NCBI GenBank assembly: GCA_002269645.1
Contig: NIVC01000667.1
Coordinates: 1-64,000, forward strand
Source of the DNA: Macrostomum lignano
Taxonomy: Eukaryota
Length of the DNA stretch: 64,000 nt
Direction: 5' to 3'
This document shows, piece after piece, positions 63,441-64,000 of the stretch. The notes beneath the pieces were generated by a model that worked only from the letters and a program-made list of their open reading frames with translations, did no database searches and was not told the origin of the DNA. Positions within the stretch are counted from its first letter, which is position 1, and each line of letters opens with the position of its first letter. The position numbers were made by a program, and so were the translations under genes.

Positions 63441-63460
63441 ATCCGCTGTGGGCCTCTCCC

Positions 63461-64000
63461 TCAGCTGAGCGAACTGCTGGGCACACAGTAGGCCCAGTAC
63501 ACAATGTTAAACAAGCCAAACAAGCCCGGATAGAGGAACAAGCAGATGAAGTCCAGTCTCGATGGTGTCAATCTCCAATTAGACTTCTTCCGTTTGAACA
63601 ATTTAGCCAATGTCTCCCGAAGAATGGAGTCTTGCTGCAGCAATACCTGTTGTTGCAGTTGCTGCTGCTGCTGTTGCTGCTGCTGTTGCTGCTGCTGCTG
63701 ATGCAACTGCGGCAACTGCTGTTGCTGACTTCCCAGAAGCAGCGGCACATCCCTCGAAGCCGCTCTGGATCTCTTGGCCGCCAGAGCCTGCAGTTGTTTC
63801 CTTCGTCTCTCCTTCCTAATTCGCAACAGATTAATGACCATGTACTCCAGCAGGGACAGGTAGACGAACACGATGCAACCGATGTGCCAGATCCCCAGCG
63901 TGGTCACATAGGACACTCTGGGCAGCTTGGACTCCAGAGCCAGGCTCTGGGTGATCTGAGCCAAGAAGCAGACAGTCGACAAGGACACCCTTGCTGGTGG
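63461..64000 (-). CDS. Cys-loop ligand-gated chloride channel subunit (GluCl/GlyR/GABA-A-like), final coding exon M2-M4, 5' part outside the window
   Basis: PPARVSLSTVCFLAQITQ (M2 with PAR), LPRVSYV (M2-M3 loop), IWHIGCIVFVYLSLLEY (M3), poly-Q loop, SRLDFICLFLYPGLFGLFNIVYWAY (M4), stop at 63461. Confidence 0.92.
   Translation of the reverse strand, partial: PPARVSLSTVCFLAQITQSLALESKLPRVSYVTTLGIWHIGCIVFVYLSLLEYMVINLLRIRKERRRKQLQALAAKRSRAASRDVPLLLGSQQQQLPQLHQQQQQQQQQQQQQQLQQQVLLQQDSILRETLAKLFKRKKSNWRLTPSRLDFICLFLYPGLFGLFNIVYWAYCVPSSSLS

Overview
Eukaryotic (animal) genomic DNA, not prokaryotic; there are no operons, rRNA or CRISPR arrays. GC-rich, poly-Q/poly-A-rich exons sit among very dense micro- and minisatellites. 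That style resembles a free-living flatworm such as Macrostomum, which is my inference only. Supported genes: an intronless LRR single-pass receptor-like protein (-, 2437-4392); an intronless CAP59/GT69-like glycosyltransferase (+, 15674-16909) between two ~1.8-kb diverged direct repeats; a nine-exon SCAP gene (+, 27253-38021); an intronless PTB/PID-domain gene (-, 48109-48891); a neuropeptide-type rhodopsin GPCR (-, 58084-59622); and the last coding exon of an anion-type Cys-loop channel (-, 63461 to the window edge). Mobile DNA: a tRNA-derived CORE-SINE with TSD plus a truncated second copy, a Gypsy integrase relic, a Penelope-like 3' fragment with GIY-YIG and a minimal hammerhead ribozyme, a Mutator-type MITE (9-bp TSD) and two 8-bp-TSD TIR elements. 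The most unusual structures are: (1) a 6-kb foldback-like unit whose inverted arms are a 23-bp G-rich satellite and which encloses the whole PTB gene; (2) the microbial/viral-type glycosyltransferase in a duplicated, TIR-motif-bounded cassette; (3) SCAP lacking the MELADL motif, with AG|GT dual splice sites and tandem arrays of duplicated splice donors. All homology calls come from motif recognition by eye; no searches were run.
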